NCBI GenBank assembly: GCA_046317775.1
Contig: JBKCVO010000066.1
Coordinates: 7,872 to 71,871, forward strand
Length of the DNA stretch: 64,000 nucleotides
Direction of reading: 5' to 3'
From: Cyclobacteriaceae bacterium
GTDB taxonomy: Bacteria > Bacteroidota > Bacteroidia > Cytophagales > Cyclobacteriaceae
In this document: piece by piece, positions 18,704 to 28,817 of the stretch
Layout: each line of letters begins with the position of its first letter
How positions within the stretch are numbered: position 1 is the stretch's first letter
The notes under the pieces: model-generated
Seen by the model: only the letters and a program-made list of their open reading frames with translations
The model's database searches: none
What the model was told of the DNA's origin: nothing
Translations under genes and position numbers: made by a program

Positions 18704-19708
18704 ATGAAAAAATCATTTGTGTGGATTTTGTGCTGCTTTTTCAGTGCTGCATTGTCACAAGCACAGACTAATCCGCTCCTCAAAAAATATGCAGGTGCGT
18801 ATTACTTACTCAACTTTGGTGAAGAGACTCCAAACGCAGCAACGGAGAAAATTAATTTGACAGCCGATGGTAAATGGACGAGTGTAAGTTTTGTGATGGA
18901 TGAAGATGGGAAAGTTTCAAAAGTGCCGGTAAAAAAATCTGGTACATGGAAGGGAGCAGAAGGCACTATTCAATTAGCGGAAGTAGGATCTTCTGCTCTA
19001 AATGAATTTAAGTTGGACGCTGGTATATTTTTAGGAAGTAGTTCGTATCTGCAAAAGATTTTTGTTTCCAGTCCGGTGTATGTAGCTAAATATGCAGGCA
19101 CCTTTCTCTTGCTGGGTGCAGATGAAGAAAAACCAACGGACTATACCGAAACCATTACACTCAAAGCAGATGGAAAATGTACACGGTCAACTCCTGCAGT
19201 CGATGACAACGGAGTAATTGGCAAAACCCCGATCATTGTGCAGGGAACGTGGAAAGCGAATGAAGGGACGCTGCAAATCACCTTTCCGGTATTGGAGCAA
19301 TTGCGCATGACGGAGTTCGTTTTCAAAGAAGGAAAATTTGTAGATCGTGGCGGAAACTATTTGAAGAAGCCGGTTCGCGCAGCACCTACCGTGAATCTCC
19401 TGCCAAAGCATGCAGGGTCTTACTATCTGTTAGTGGAGGGTCAGGCGCCAACACCCAAGTCCGATAAATATGTATTGACCCCCGATGGAAAAGGTACGTG
19501 GACGTATTTTAAAGAAGATGGCACAGCAGTGGTAACCAAAGGCACGTGGAAATCAAGCGAAGGGTTGATTCAACTGAATTTTAGCACAGGCGAAGAGGGG
19601 ATGGGGCAAGAGCTGCTAACAGATTTCAGATGGAAGGATGGTGCATTTCGCGCGGAGAATGTTTATCTAAAAAAGATCGAATCCAAACCTACAACTATAA
19701 AAAAATAA
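18704..19708 (+). CDS. Secreted protein with three tandem ~100-aa repeats
   Basis: Signal peptide; three units K[YH]AG.[YF].LL...L..DGK...GTWK..EG..Q....F...YL.K. Confidence 0.8.
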   Translation: MKKSFVWILCCFFSAALSQAQTNPLLKKYAGAYYLLNFGEETPNAATEKINLTADGKWTSVSFVMDEDGKVSKVPVKKSGTWKGAEGTIQLAEVGSSALNEFKLDAGIFLGSSSYLQKIFVSSPVYVAKYAGTFLLLGADEEKPTDYTETITLKADGKCTRSTPAVDDNGVIGKTPIIVQGTWKANEGTLQITFPVLEQLRMTEFVFKEGKFVDRGGNYLKKPVRAAPTVNLLPKHAGSYYLLVEGQAPTPKSDKYVLTPDGKGTWTYFKEDGTAVVTKGTWKSSEGLIQLNFSTGEEGMGQELLTDFRWKDGAFRAENVYLKKIESKPTTIKK

Positions 19709-19730
19709 ATTCATTCAACATCACTAACCC

Positions 19731-20303
19731 ATATCCTCTACAACTATTATTCCCATTCTGATCATTATTGGCATTGTCATTCTGATTCCGATTTTTATTT
19801 ATAACGGCCTCATTACTTCGCGCAGTGCAGTCGAAAGTGCTTTCGGAAGTATTGATGCGATGCTCAAAAAACGCTACGACCTCATCCCCAACTTGGTGGA
19901 GTCAGTGAAAGTATACATGAAACACGAGAAAGACACACTGATTCAGGTAACGGAACTTCGCACCAAAGCGGTCTCAGGATCTGTAACCACCGAAGAGAAA
20001 GTGGCCATTGACAACCAGCTTTCTTCTATGATGCGAAAAGTAATGGTATCGGTAGAAAGTTATCCCGATTTAAAGTCCAGCGAACAATTTACCATGCTAC
20101 AACGCAGTTGGAACGAAGCCGAAGAGCAAATTGCTGCCGCACGCAGAGCCTATAATTCTGCGGTTACCCAATATAACAACGCCATCGAAAAGTTTCCCTC
20201 CAATATACTCGCAGGTATGTTTGGTCATACACGGAAAAATGTGTTTGAAATTCCGCAAGCCGAGCGCGAAAACATCAGTGCGAAAAACTTATTTGGTAAT
20301 TGA
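19731..20303 (+). CDS. lemA: LemA family protein (N-terminal TM helix lies upstream of the first ATG)
   Basis: SIDAMLKKRYDLIPNLVESVK, ESYPDLKS, AARRAYNSAVTQYN, FPSNILAGMFG; in-frame TM segment from ATA at 19731. Confidence 0.85.
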   Translation: MSSTTIIPILIIIGIVILIPIFIYNGLITSRSAVESAFGSIDAMLKKRYDLIPNLVESVKVYMKHEKDTLIQVTELRTKAVSGSVTTEEKVAIDNQLSSMMRKVMVSVESYPDLKSSEQFTMLQRSWNEAEEQIAAARRAYNSAVTQYNNAIEKFPSNILAGMFGHTRKNVFEIPQAERENISAKNLFGN

Positions 20304-20308
20304 TCAAT

Positions 20309-21331
20309 ATGAAAACGACAGAATCGTTTCAGTCATTTTATCAAACCACACTTACTTCGATCGTGAATGCGTTAGATGTGGAGCGAAAGGAGATGGTAAA
20401 GAAGATTTACATGGCGGGTGCTGCCGCTGTCATCTTTGTCATTCTCTACGGCATGATCAACAAGTCTACCGTCCGCGAAACGCAACTCGGACCGAATGGC
20501 CCCACACAATACACCTATACCGGTGGATACTCCGGTGCAATCTTTTATATCGCGATTGCCGGTGTGTTGGGTTATTTCTTTTGGTATCGTCCGAGGGCAA
20601 AGAAGTTTAGAAGCCGGTTTAAGAATGAAATCATCCGAAGAATCATTAAGCATGCAGATGAAAAATTAGAATACCATCCGGAGGCAGGTATTTCGGTAAC
20701 GGACTTTATTCAAAGCACTATTTTTGATACCGCGGGTGATCGTTACTTATGTGAAGATTTGGTGAGTGGAAAAATCGGCAGCACCACTATTCGCTTTTCG
20801 GATGTGCAAACGCAGCGCAAGAAAGAGCTGAAAGGCGATGATGGTGCACCTGATTTTAAGCGATGGGTCACACTTTTTAAAGGGATAATTTTTGTTGCCG
20901 ACTTCAACAAGCATTTCAAAGGACGCACCATGGTGCTCACGGATCAAGCCGAAAAATCATTGGGCGGTTTGGGTACTTTCTTTCAAAAAATGAATGCCCA
21001 ACGCGACCCGCTGGTCAAAATGGAGAATACCGATTTTGAAAAAGCGTTTGTGGTCTATGCTTCCGATGCCGTGGAGGCACATTACATCCTGACACCCGCA
21101 TTGATGGAACGCATGCTGAATCTTCGCTCTCGGTTGGGAAACGTGCAGTTTGCGTTTTATAACTCGGTAGTGTTTATTGCCATCCCCACAAAGAATGATC
21201 TTTTCGAAGCAAACATCTTCCGTCCTTTAACAGTACAAAGTGAAATGGAAAAGTATTTTGTACAGCTTCAGTTCTTTACGGGCATCGTAGAAGACCTCAA
21301 CCTCAACAACCGCATTTGGACGAAGGAGTAG
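20309..21331 (+). CDS. DUF3137 domain protein
   Basis: Two TM helices; TLFKGIIFVADFNKHFKGRT, FEKAFVVYASD..EAHYILTPALMERML; typical LemA neighbour. Confidence 0.85.
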   Translation: MKTTESFQSFYQTTLTSIVNALDVERKEMVKKIYMAGAAAVIFVILYGMINKSTVRETQLGPNGPTQYTYTGGYSGAIFYIAIAGVLGYFFWYRPRAKKFRSRFKNEIIRRIIKHADEKLEYHPEAGISVTDFIQSTIFDTAGDRYLCEDLVSGKIGSTTIRFSDVQTQRKKELKGDDGAPDFKRWVTLFKGIIFVADFNKHFKGRTMVLTDQAEKSLGGLGTFFQKMNAQRDPLVKMENTDFEKAFVVYASDAVEAHYILTPALMERMLNLRSRLGNVQFAFYNSVVFIAIPTKNDLFEANIFRPLTVQSEMEKYFVQLQFFTGIVEDLNLNNRIWTKE

Positions 21332-21422
21332 ATGGGTAAATATTCTATTGAAGAATTCCAATTTGAATTTTATCTTCACAACAAAAAGTAGCAATTCGGA
21401 ATGTATTAAATCAATACAAGCT

Positions 21423-21842
21423 ATGGGTGGTGTGTATGCGTCTATATTGTTAATCAATGGAGAAGATTTAGTCTTAGCCAATCGACACATCATTGGTCAG
21501 GAGGAAGTAAAGCAAATGACGGTGAATATGTTAGTCGATTCCGGTGCTTATATGCTTGCCATCAACGAGTCGATTCAGGAACAATTGAAGTTTCCGGTCA
21601 TTGAAAGAAGAAAAGCACAAATGGCGAATGGCTCACTTGAAGAATATGATGTAGTCGGACCAGTGGAAGTTCGATTCAAAAATAGACAATGTACTTGCCG
21701 CGCGATGGTATTGCCGGGAGATAATGAACCACTTCTCGGAGCTATTCCTATGGAAGATATGGATGTACTCATTCATCCCTTACGGCAGGAGCTGGTTGTT
21801 AATCCGGAGCATCCTTATTTTGCTCAAATGAGGATGAAATAG
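21423..21842 (+). CDS. Clan AA (retropepsin-like) aspartic protease
   Basis: MLVDSGA catalytic motif; PLLGAIPMEDMD. Start taken at MGGVYA. Confidence 0.85.
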   Translation: MGGVYASILLINGEDLVLANRHIIGQEEVKQMTVNMLVDSGAYMLAINESIQEQLKFPVIERRKAQMANGSLEEYDVVGPVEVRFKNRQCTCRAMVLPGDNEPLLGAIPMEDMDVLIHPLRQELVVNPEHPYFAQMRMK

Positions 21843-22331
21843 CTATTTCTTCTTTCTCTTTTTCACAGCCAATTCCAAATATCCGTAAGTTGAATCTTTC
21901 TCCCGATCGAAATCTACATCGGTTAAAACACCAATCACGATTTCAGCGGTGGTATAGATTCGGTTCTCATCAAGTAAATGTCCACCGGTAGTTACACCCA
22001 AACTATCAGATACCGATAAATGCAGATGAGCCGCAGTTTCATTGAATGTACCCACCAGCGAAACAATTTCAAAATGACCTTGTCGTAAAGAACCGGAAGA
22101 TTGATTTGCGTATCGAAGATTCACCTGTTCCAAACTGCCCACACAGGTAGCAATAAATCCGGCTTTTATCTTCTCCTTCACCGCCAACTCCATCAATTCC
22201 TTTTTCAGGTCCTGATGCGGCTTAAACCGGATAGTAATAAATGTAGCCTTACTGCTTACTTCCTGCGTCATACCAAATGTTACAACAGTTAAAACAAGTA
22301 CAAAGGCAATCGAAATTCTTTGAAGCTTCAT
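21843..22331 (-). CDS. PPC/DUF296 domain protein
   Basis: CVGSL, FEIVSLVG, HLHLSVSD..GGHL, TTAEIV. Confidence 0.85.
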   Translation of the reverse strand: MKLQRISIAFVLVLTVVTFGMTQEVSSKATFITIRFKPHQDLKKELMELAVKEKIKAGFIATCVGSLEQVNLRYANQSSGSLRQGHFEIVSLVGTFNETAAHLHLSVSDSLGVTTGGHLLDENRIYTTAEIVIGVLTDVDFDREKDSTYGYLELAVKKRKKK

Positions 22332-22339
22332 TGTATTAT

Positions 22340-22443
22340 CAAATCATCGAATCAACAAATTACCGAATTAGCAAATTACCGAATTACCGAATTTTCAAAT
22401 AGAGTGATTTTCAAATCTTCAAATTGACTCATTTTCAAATTGA
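22340..22443. repeat. Degenerate short tandem repeats (aattaccg / ttttcaaat)
   Basis: aattaccg three times, followed by four ttcaaat units. Confidence 0.75.
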
Positions 22444-23268
22444 TTAAGGGAACTTCGGAAACTTCGAAAAATCCGGTTCACGCTTTTCGAGGAACGCATT
22501 CTTGCCTTCTTTCGCCTCATCGCTCAGGTAATAGAGCAGTGTAGCATTACCTGCCAATTCCTGAATACCTGCCTGACCGTCCAACTCGGCATTGAACGCA
22601 CACTTCAGCATGCGTATCGCCAGCGGACTCTTCTTCAAAATTTTGTTGGCCCACGCCACATACGTTTCTTCCAACTGATCGAGAGGTACCACTTTATTCA
22701 CCAAACCCATTTCCAATGCTTTAGCCGCATCGTATTGATCGCAGAGATACCAAATCTCACGCGCTTTCTTCTGACCTACAATACGCGCCAGATAGGAAGC
22801 ACCAAAGCCACCATCAAAACTTCCTACAATCGGACCGGTTTGTCCGAAGCGTGCGTTATCTGCAGCAATCGTTAAGTCGCACACCACATGTAACACATGG
22901 CCACCACCAATGGCCCATCCCGCAACAGCGGCAATCACGGGCTTAGAGATAGAGCGAATTATTTTTTGCAGATCAAGCACGTTCAAACGTGGCACCGTGT
23001 CCTGCCCCACATAGCCTCCATGACCGCGCACACTCTGGTCGCCACCGCTGCAAAAGGCTTTACCACCTTCTCCAGTCAGGATAATTACACCTACTTCCTG
23101 GTCTTCGCGGCAGTGATACATGGCATCAATCATTTCTGTAACCGTCAGTGGCGTGAACGCATTGTGTACACGCGGCCGGTTGATGCTAATGCGTGCAATG
23201 CCATTGTATTTGTGAAATAAAATCTCTTGGTATTCTTTAACGGGTTTCCAATCGTACTTAAGCGTCAT
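22444..23268 (-). CDS. menB: 1,4-dihydroxy-2-naphthoyl-CoA synthase
   Basis: [26 protein letters not shown]; start taken at MTLKYDW. Confidence 0.95.
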   Translation of the reverse strand: MTLKYDWKPVKEYQEILFHKYNGIARISINRPRVHNAFTPLTVTEMIDAMYHCREDQEVGVIILTGEGGKAFCSGGDQSVRGHGGYVGQDTVPRLNVLDLQKIIRSISKPVIAAVAGWAIGGGHVLHVVCDLTIAADNARFGQTGPIVGSFDGGFGASYLARIVGQKKAREIWYLCDQYDAAKALEMGLVNKVVPLDQLEETYVAWANKILKKSPLAIRMLKCAFNAELDGQAGIQELAGNATLLYYLSDEAKEGKNAFLEKREPDFSKFPKFP

Positions 23269-24985
23269 ATCCTTTTTTGATTTGTGAATTAAATTGTGTG
23301 TATGCTTCTTGTGCTGATTTCTTGTCGCTGTGCAATTCAAGAATTTTTGTTTTGCTGCTAAATTCAAAAAAATCTTTCAGTGCATTTTTAGTCTTCTTGC
23401 CGGAATCCAGTAAGGTGAACTCAAAGCCAAACTCATCGGCCAGATTTTTAGCGGTTAGTTTTTGTTGCGTGATAAAATACTCTTCAGCTTCCGCAAGATG
23501 GCTGGGGCCATCGATCATTCCGAAAATGATGCCTCCATGGTTGTTCACCACTACCACATGCAGATTCGGAACAGGATAGTTGTGCCAGAATGCATTGCGA
23601 TCATAGAAGAATGCCATATCGCCTGTAATCAAGATCGTAGGTATATCTGATACGAGTGCATTTCCAACGGCCGTGCTGGTGCATCCATCAATACCACTGG
23701 TGCCGCGATTCGCAAAAACATGTACCCCTTTTTGCTGAGCAGTTAAGCCAATTAAATTCGCATAACGCACGGCCATGCTATTTGACAAATGTAAACTGCA
23801 TCGCATCGGCAAGGCGTGCATCAATTGCTGAATAACGCCCAACTCATGAAAGTCGACTTGCTTGAAAAAGTTTTCGTGTAACCGCTGCACCCGGTGCTCT
23901 TCGGCCTGCCACAAGCTGTAGTAGTTTCCTTTTTTCTGCGAAGCAAATCCGGATTCCAACTTATCCGTAGCCAATTCGTCAAAAAACTGCCGTGGAGTGG
24001 TGCGAATGATTTTACTCACTGATTGAAAAGGATCCGGCACACGTGAGGCAGGTTGAATGTGCCAATGCTCGATGGCCTTATGCTTACGCAGATAAAGCTT
24101 CAAGCTTTTCGAGATGACTGATTTACCAAATGTGATCAGCAACTCCGGTTGCAATGAAGATAGGATAGAGGCATTTCCTTTGCCTACAATTAATTCGCTG
24201 TAGCGGATGGTATTTTCTAAGCCGTGGAAGTTTGAAATAACGTCTCCTATGATCGGAGCATGAAACTTCTTTGAAAACCGATCGGCTACTTTGTGTAAAC
24301 CATCATTGTATTCCTGATGTCCCGCTACTATCAGCACCTTGGTGTATTTTTTCAACGAAGAGACGATCTCTTCCTTTTCGACTGGAGATAATGCAGGTAT
24401 CGTTTCCTTTTCAGTGATGACGTGTGGGGTAGAGTAATTGATCTGCTCTCCTTTGGCAGGATAGAGAGGTTCACGCAACGGTACATTGATGTGTACTGGT
24501 CCTTGTGGAAAACTGCGTGACAAATGAATGGCTTCGTTGATTACACGTTGAATGTACCACACTGAATCCGAGTGTTCGTAATCTTCGGGCAGTGTAAATG
24601 ATTTTTTTACATGCGTACCAAAGAGTCCGTTTTGCTGAATAGTTTGCCCGTCCCATTGATCTATCCATTCTTTCGGACGATCGGCCGTAAAAATCAGCAG
24701 CGGTACTTCTTGATAAAACGCTTCTGCTACAGCAGGTGCAAAATTGTAAGCGGCCGAACCCGAAGTGCAAACCAAAATAGTAGGTTGTTGCTTTTGCTGC
24801 GCAATTCCCAATGCAATAAAAGCAGCACTGCGTTCATCGCTGATCGTTCGAGTTGTAATGGCAGGATGGCGTGCAAACGCAACGGTGAGTGGCGCGCAGC
24901 GCGAACCGGGACAAAGAATCACTTCGGTTAATCCATGCTCGGCACAGAGCGGAGCAATATCGTAAATGGGTTGTAGACGTGTCAT
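23258..24985 (-). CDS. menD: SEPHCHC synthase
   Basis: [47 protein letters not shown]. Confidence 0.95.
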   Translation of the reverse strand: MTRLQPIYDIAPLCAEHGLTEVILCPGSRCAPLTVAFARHPAITTRTISDERSAAFIALGIAQQKQQPTILVCTSGSAAYNFAPAVAEAFYQEVPLLIFTADRPKEWIDQWDGQTIQQNGLFGTHVKKSFTLPEDYEHSDSVWYIQRVINEAIHLSRSFPQGPVHINVPLREPLYPAKGEQINYSTPHVITEKETIPALSPVEKEEIVSSLKKYTKVLIVAGHQEYNDGLHKVADRFSKKFHAPIIGDVISNFHGLENTIRYSELIVGKGNASILSSLQPELLITFGKSVISKSLKLYLRKHKAIEHWHIQPASRVPDPFQSVSKIIRTTPRQFFDELATDKLESGFASQKKGNYYSLWQAEEHRVQRLHENFFKQVDFHELGVIQQLMHALPMRCSLHLSNSMAVRYANLIGLTAQQKGVHVFANRGTSGIDGCTSTAVGNALVSDIPTILITGDMAFFYDRNAFWHNYPVPNLHVVVVNNHGGIIFGMIDGPSHLAEAEEYFITQQKLTAKNLADEFGFEFTLLDSGKKTKNALKDFFEFSSKTKILELHSDKKSAQEAYTQFNSQIKKGYDA

Positions 24986-26157
24986 GCAGATTCAATTACA
25001 CCCATCATATTTTTCATTTTCATTTCCGTCTCTTCCCACTCCTTTTCAGGGATGGAGTCGATGGTGACACCGGCACCGGCATATAAACGCACGGCATTTT
25101 CCAATACTTGCATGCACCGCAAATTCACAAAGAGAAAACTTTCCTGTTGAAAGTTAACCGGTCCGAGATAGCCGCTGTAAAACTCGCGCGCATAGCCTTC
25201 GTTGGCCTGAAGAAAAGCGATGGCTGCATCTAACGGCATACCGCATACAGCAGAGGTAGGATGCAATAACTTCAACATCACCGATCCCAGTTGGGGGAAG
25301 TTGACTTCCTTCATATCCACCATGTAATCCGTTTTCAGGTGCATCACATTTCCGGCTACAATGGTTTTGGGTCCGTGCTCCTGGTACTCGCGCACACGAA
25401 TCTTTTTAAAACAGTTGATGATGTAGCGACAAACCAATGCCTGCTCTTCAATTTCTTTTTGCGTCCACGCTACCGACTTCAAATTGATTTCAGGTGAGTA
25501 GGGGAGAGTTCCCGCAAGGGCATGTGTTCTGAATTTTGATTCGCGATCCACACTCACCAGTAATTCAGGAGTGGCTCCGCACCAGGTGCCCGTTTGGGCG
25601 GAAGAGAAAACGGATACAAAAGCGGCCGGATGCTTCGCGCTAAGCGTCAGAAAAGTATTCACACAATCCAGCGGTGTGTGTAGCTTCACTTCTTTGTAGC
25701 GTGAAGGAACAATTTTTTCGAACGTTCCTTTTTCAATTTCCTCAATGCCTTTGGCCACGATGTCCTGATAGGAGTGTGCTGTACCGGCTTCGGCTGATTT
25801 GATGTGATAGCGAACTTTCTTTTCAACCGTGAGATCGGGAATGGAGTAGGAAGCGCTGCTGCCTTGAACAACATCCTGCGCGACTTCTCCGTTTTTGAAT
25901 TTGAAAATCAGATCGGCTTTTAAGAAAATCTTTTTTTGATTAGGCAGAAAAGGAGAAAACACAAAGCCCGGCTCTGAATCTTCCAACGAAACCTCATCTA
26001 CTTCGTTTACACCCTGCTGACTGATGAAAAGGACGCTTTCGGAAGTATTCGGCATACGCCAAAGCGAAAATGCGCCACCTTCGGTCAGGCAATCGGCCAG
26101 AATACTCTGGATGGCTTCTGCCTCATTCACAAATCGCCTGCCTTCCGCTATCTCCAT
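24982..26157 (-). CDS. menF: Isochorismate synthase (chorismate-binding protein)
   Basis: GATPELL, EIEEQ, LHPTSAVCG, YSGYLGP, LYAGAGV; position in the men cluster. Confidence 0.85.
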   Translation of the reverse strand: MEIAEGRRFVNEAEAIQSILADCLTEGGAFSLWRMPNTSESVLFISQQGVNEVDEVSLEDSEPGFVFSPFLPNQKKIFLKADLIFKFKNGEVAQDVVQGSSASYSIPDLTVEKKVRYHIKSAEAGTAHSYQDIVAKGIEEIEKGTFEKIVPSRYKEVKLHTPLDCVNTFLTLSAKHPAAFVSVFSSAQTGTWCGATPELLVSVDRESKFRTHALAGTLPYSPEINLKSVAWTQKEIEEQALVCRYIINCFKKIRVREYQEHGPKTIVAGNVMHLKTDYMVDMKEVNFPQLGSVMLKLLHPTSAVCGMPLDAAIAFLQANEGYAREFYSGYLGPVNFQQESFLFVNLRCMQVLENAVRLYAGAGVTIDSIPEKEWEETEMKMKNMMGVIESA

Positions 26158-26583
26158 CTATTTTTTGTCTAATACGGCCATCGTTATTCGGCTAACACAA
26201 ACCAGCTCAAGTTGTTCGTTCGTAATCTTAATTTCCCACACCTGTGTTTTCTTTCCGATGTGAATCGGTCTAGCGACACCGATCACATACCCGTTGCGCA
26301 CAGATTTAATGTGATTGGCATTGATTTCCAGCCCCACACAATGTTGCTTCGTTGGGTCAATGCAACAAGTGGCACCCACACTGCCCATTGTTTCGGCCAG
26401 CGCTACCGATGCTCCTCCATGTAACAAACCAGCCGGCTGATGGGTTCGATGATCCACCGGCATTTTTGCTTCTATAAAATCATCGCCTATCTGCGTGAAT
26501 TCGATGCCCAGGTGCGCCACCATGGTGTTGACGGACATTTTATTGATTAAATCGAGCGTAAGGCCCGGAGGGAACAATTTCAT
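26158..26583 (-). CDS. menI: Hotdog-fold thioesterase (DHNA-CoA hydrolase-like)
   Basis: HQPAGLLHGGASVALAET, GLEINANH; position in the men cluster. Confidence 0.8.
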   Translation of the reverse strand: MKLFPPGLTLDLINKMSVNTMVAHLGIEFTQIGDDFIEAKMPVDHRTHQPAGLLHGGASVALAETMGSVGATCCIDPTKQHCVGLEINANHIKSVRNGYVIGVARPIHIGKKTQVWEIKITNEQLELVCVSRITMAVLDKK

Positions 26584-26650
26584 AATGATGGTGGATAGAA
26601 GTATTTCCTTATTTTTGCGCCCGATTACAAAGCAGGCAAATTAATAGAAA

Positions 26651-27322
26651 TTGACCACCAAAAAAATATATATCATTCGCCACGGCCAAACGGATTTCAA
26701 CCTGAAGGGCATTGTGCAGGGAAGTGGCGTAGATTCATCACTGAATGACATCGGTCAACTGCAGGCAAAGGCTTTCTTTGAAACCTATCGCTCGGTACCT
26801 TTTGATAAAATCTACATCTCAAAATTGAAGCGCACTGCCGAGTCGGTTCGCGATTTTATCGAGATGGGGATTCCCTTCGAAAAACTGGAAGGTCTCAACG
26901 AGATCAGTTGGGGAACGAATGAGGGACAAAAGATCACTCCTGAAGAAGATGCCTATTATCATTGGATGCTAAAGCAGTGGCAATCCGGCAATACAGCCGA
27001 GCGCATTCAGGGTGGCGAAAGCCCTGAAGATGTGGTGGCACGTCAGCGGGTTGCATTAGACCATATTATGTCCAAGACGGAGGAAAAGAATGTTTTGATT
27101 TGCATGCACGGTCGTGCATTACGGATTATTCTCTGCGAACTCTTAAACTACCCGCTCAAGAGCATGGATATGTTTGAGCATCAGAATTTGTGCCTCTATC
27201 AACTCGATTTCACGGGTTCGATTTTTACCATCAAAAAGCATAATGACATTGAACACCTTGGCTTGCTTTATCAAGTTTCCAAAGAGAAAGAAAAACTTTC
27301 GAAGGTGGCAACTAGCTCTTAA
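26651..27322 (+). CDS. Histidine phosphatase / phosphoglycerate mutase family
   Basis: RHGQT, LNEISWG, GGES, HGR. Confidence 0.9.
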   Translation: MTTKKIYIIRHGQTDFNLKGIVQGSGVDSSLNDIGQLQAKAFFETYRSVPFDKIYISKLKRTAESVRDFIEMGIPFEKLEGLNEISWGTNEGQKITPEEDAYYHWMLKQWQSGNTAERIQGGESPEDVVARQRVALDHIMSKTEEKNVLICMHGRALRIILCELLNYPLKSMDMFEHQNLCLYQLDFTGSIFTIKKHNDIEHLGLLYQVSKEKEKLSKVATSS

Positions 27323-28817
27323 CGGGTTTGATTTGCTCTAGCCCAGCCTTTGCTTTCGCATCAATGCTAGATTTGTATTCGTGTTTTTTGTAACTCATCG
27401 CCATCTCAAAGTACTTACGCGCGTTTACAAAATCTTTTTGTTCTTGCGCCAGATAGCCTAATTGCAAGGCGGAACTTGCTCCAAAGTACCACGGATTATC
27501 TTTTGTTAACTGAATAGTTTGGAGGTAGAAAGTCTTGGCGCCTGCAATATCTTTTAGTTTGTGGGCGAGTCGTGCTTTGCGGTAAGCAAACTCTGCCTGA
27601 TCTTTCGGGTTCTTCAATTCAGCTAGAGTAATAGCTTGCAATGCGGTGGTTGCTTCCGGATAATAACCGCCATCGGTCAGCAGACGAACTTTTAAAATCT
27701 TGGCGTTGGGTAGTTTTCCTTCTTCCAATTGCTTGGCTGCATGTTTGTCCGGCTCAGCATTATCTTTGCCCATTACTTTGGCTTTTTCGAAGTTGACTTT
27801 GGCCTGCACTTCATCATTCATTAGCCAGTAGCACAACGAAATCTTATAGTAAGAATCTTTCACATAGCTGACGCTGCGATAGCCTTTTTGAAACTTTTGG
27901 TAATAAGGAATCGCTTTTTGGTATTCGCCTTTTTGTAGCAGCGCGTCTCCATGAAGATACTCCACATAGTACAAGGGGAGACCCTGATTTTGTTTGTCGA
28001 GAATCGCGAATAATTCCAACGCGTTTTCAGCTTGTGCATCCTTCATCAGCATGTTGATGGCGATGAATAACACCAGCCGATTGTTGGGTTGCTCTTTCAA
28101 ACAATCTTTCATCCCTTGGGCAGCTTCGGCAAAATGTTGGTTGATAAATCCCTTTACAGTGAAAAACAGAATGGTTGCTTCTAAGCTTAACGATGATTTC
28201 GATAAACGTAATTCGGAAAGCAATTTTTGTCCGGCCACTACCTGACCTTTCATGCCGAGTAGTCCCATGAACCAAGCGTACTTATCAGGTACCGAACCCA
28301 CCATCACTTGAATGACACCGGCTGTTTTTTTGATGGGTACGAAATCAGGATATTTTTTCTGACACTCTTGCACCATGTTATACGCCCTGCGAATGGCGAA
28401 CACTGCGTTGAACTCTTGTCCCGTGTTCAGCAAATTGAATCCGCGCTGCAAATTCAACTCTGCCTGCAAAAACAACACTTCCGGGCTAGCTGGAAGATCG
28501 TCTAAATAATCCTGACGGATTTTGTAGTTCGCTTCAAATTGTTCCAGTCGTTTCGGGTCTTCTGTTACCAGAATGTCGATGGTTTCATTAAGGCTGAGTA
28601 CATACATTTTGTGCAACTCATCACTCTTGTAAGTGATTTTATTCAGTTGTACCAAGGCTAACTCAGGTTGAAGATTTAAAACCAACTGATAGGCTTTCTG
28701 CATTTCAGGGCTGAATTGCCAGATTTTATCAGTGGCAACAGCACTGTGAAACACGAAAAAAAAACAGGCGAGAAGGCCTGCTTTTTTGGTGAGTGATATG
28801 GATAACTGACTAAGCAA
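27312..28817 (-). CDS. Tetratricopeptide repeat protein
   Basis: Helical repeats such as GDALLQKGEYQKAIPYY and AKTFYLQTI; signal-like N-terminus. Confidence 0.8.
   Translation of the reverse strand: MLSQLSISLTKKAGLLACFFFVFHSAVATDKIWQFSPEMQKAYQLVLNLQPELALVQLNKITYKSDELHKMYVLSLNETIDILVTEDPKRLEQFEANYKIRQDYLDDLPASPEVLFLQAELNLQRGFNLLNTGQEFNAVFAIRRAYNMVQECQKKYPDFVPIKKTAGVIQVMVGSVPDKYAWFMGLLGMKGQVVAGQKLLSELRLSKSSLSLEATILFFTVKGFINQHFAEAAQGMKDCLKEQPNNRLVLFIAINMLMKDAQAENALELFAILDKQNQGLPLYYVEYLHGDALLQKGEYQKAIPYYQKFQKGYRSVSYVKDSYYKISLCYWLMNDEVQAKVNFEKAKVMGKDNAEPDKHAAKQLEEGKLPNAKILKVRLLTDGGYYPEATTALQAITLAELKNPKDQAEFAYRKARLAHKLKDIAGAKTFYLQTIQLTKDNPWYFGASSALQLGYLAQEQKDFVNARKYFEMAMSYKKHEYKSSIDAKAKAGLEQIKPVKS

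Noticed and set aside
23269-23367. N-terminal extension of MenB
   Set aside because: It overlaps the menD 3' end and is non-homologous; MenB plausibly starts at 23268.
22444-26583. Incomplete men cluster (no menH, menC, menE, menA) as a novel pathway
   Set aside because: men genes are often dispersed; absence from this window is uninformative.
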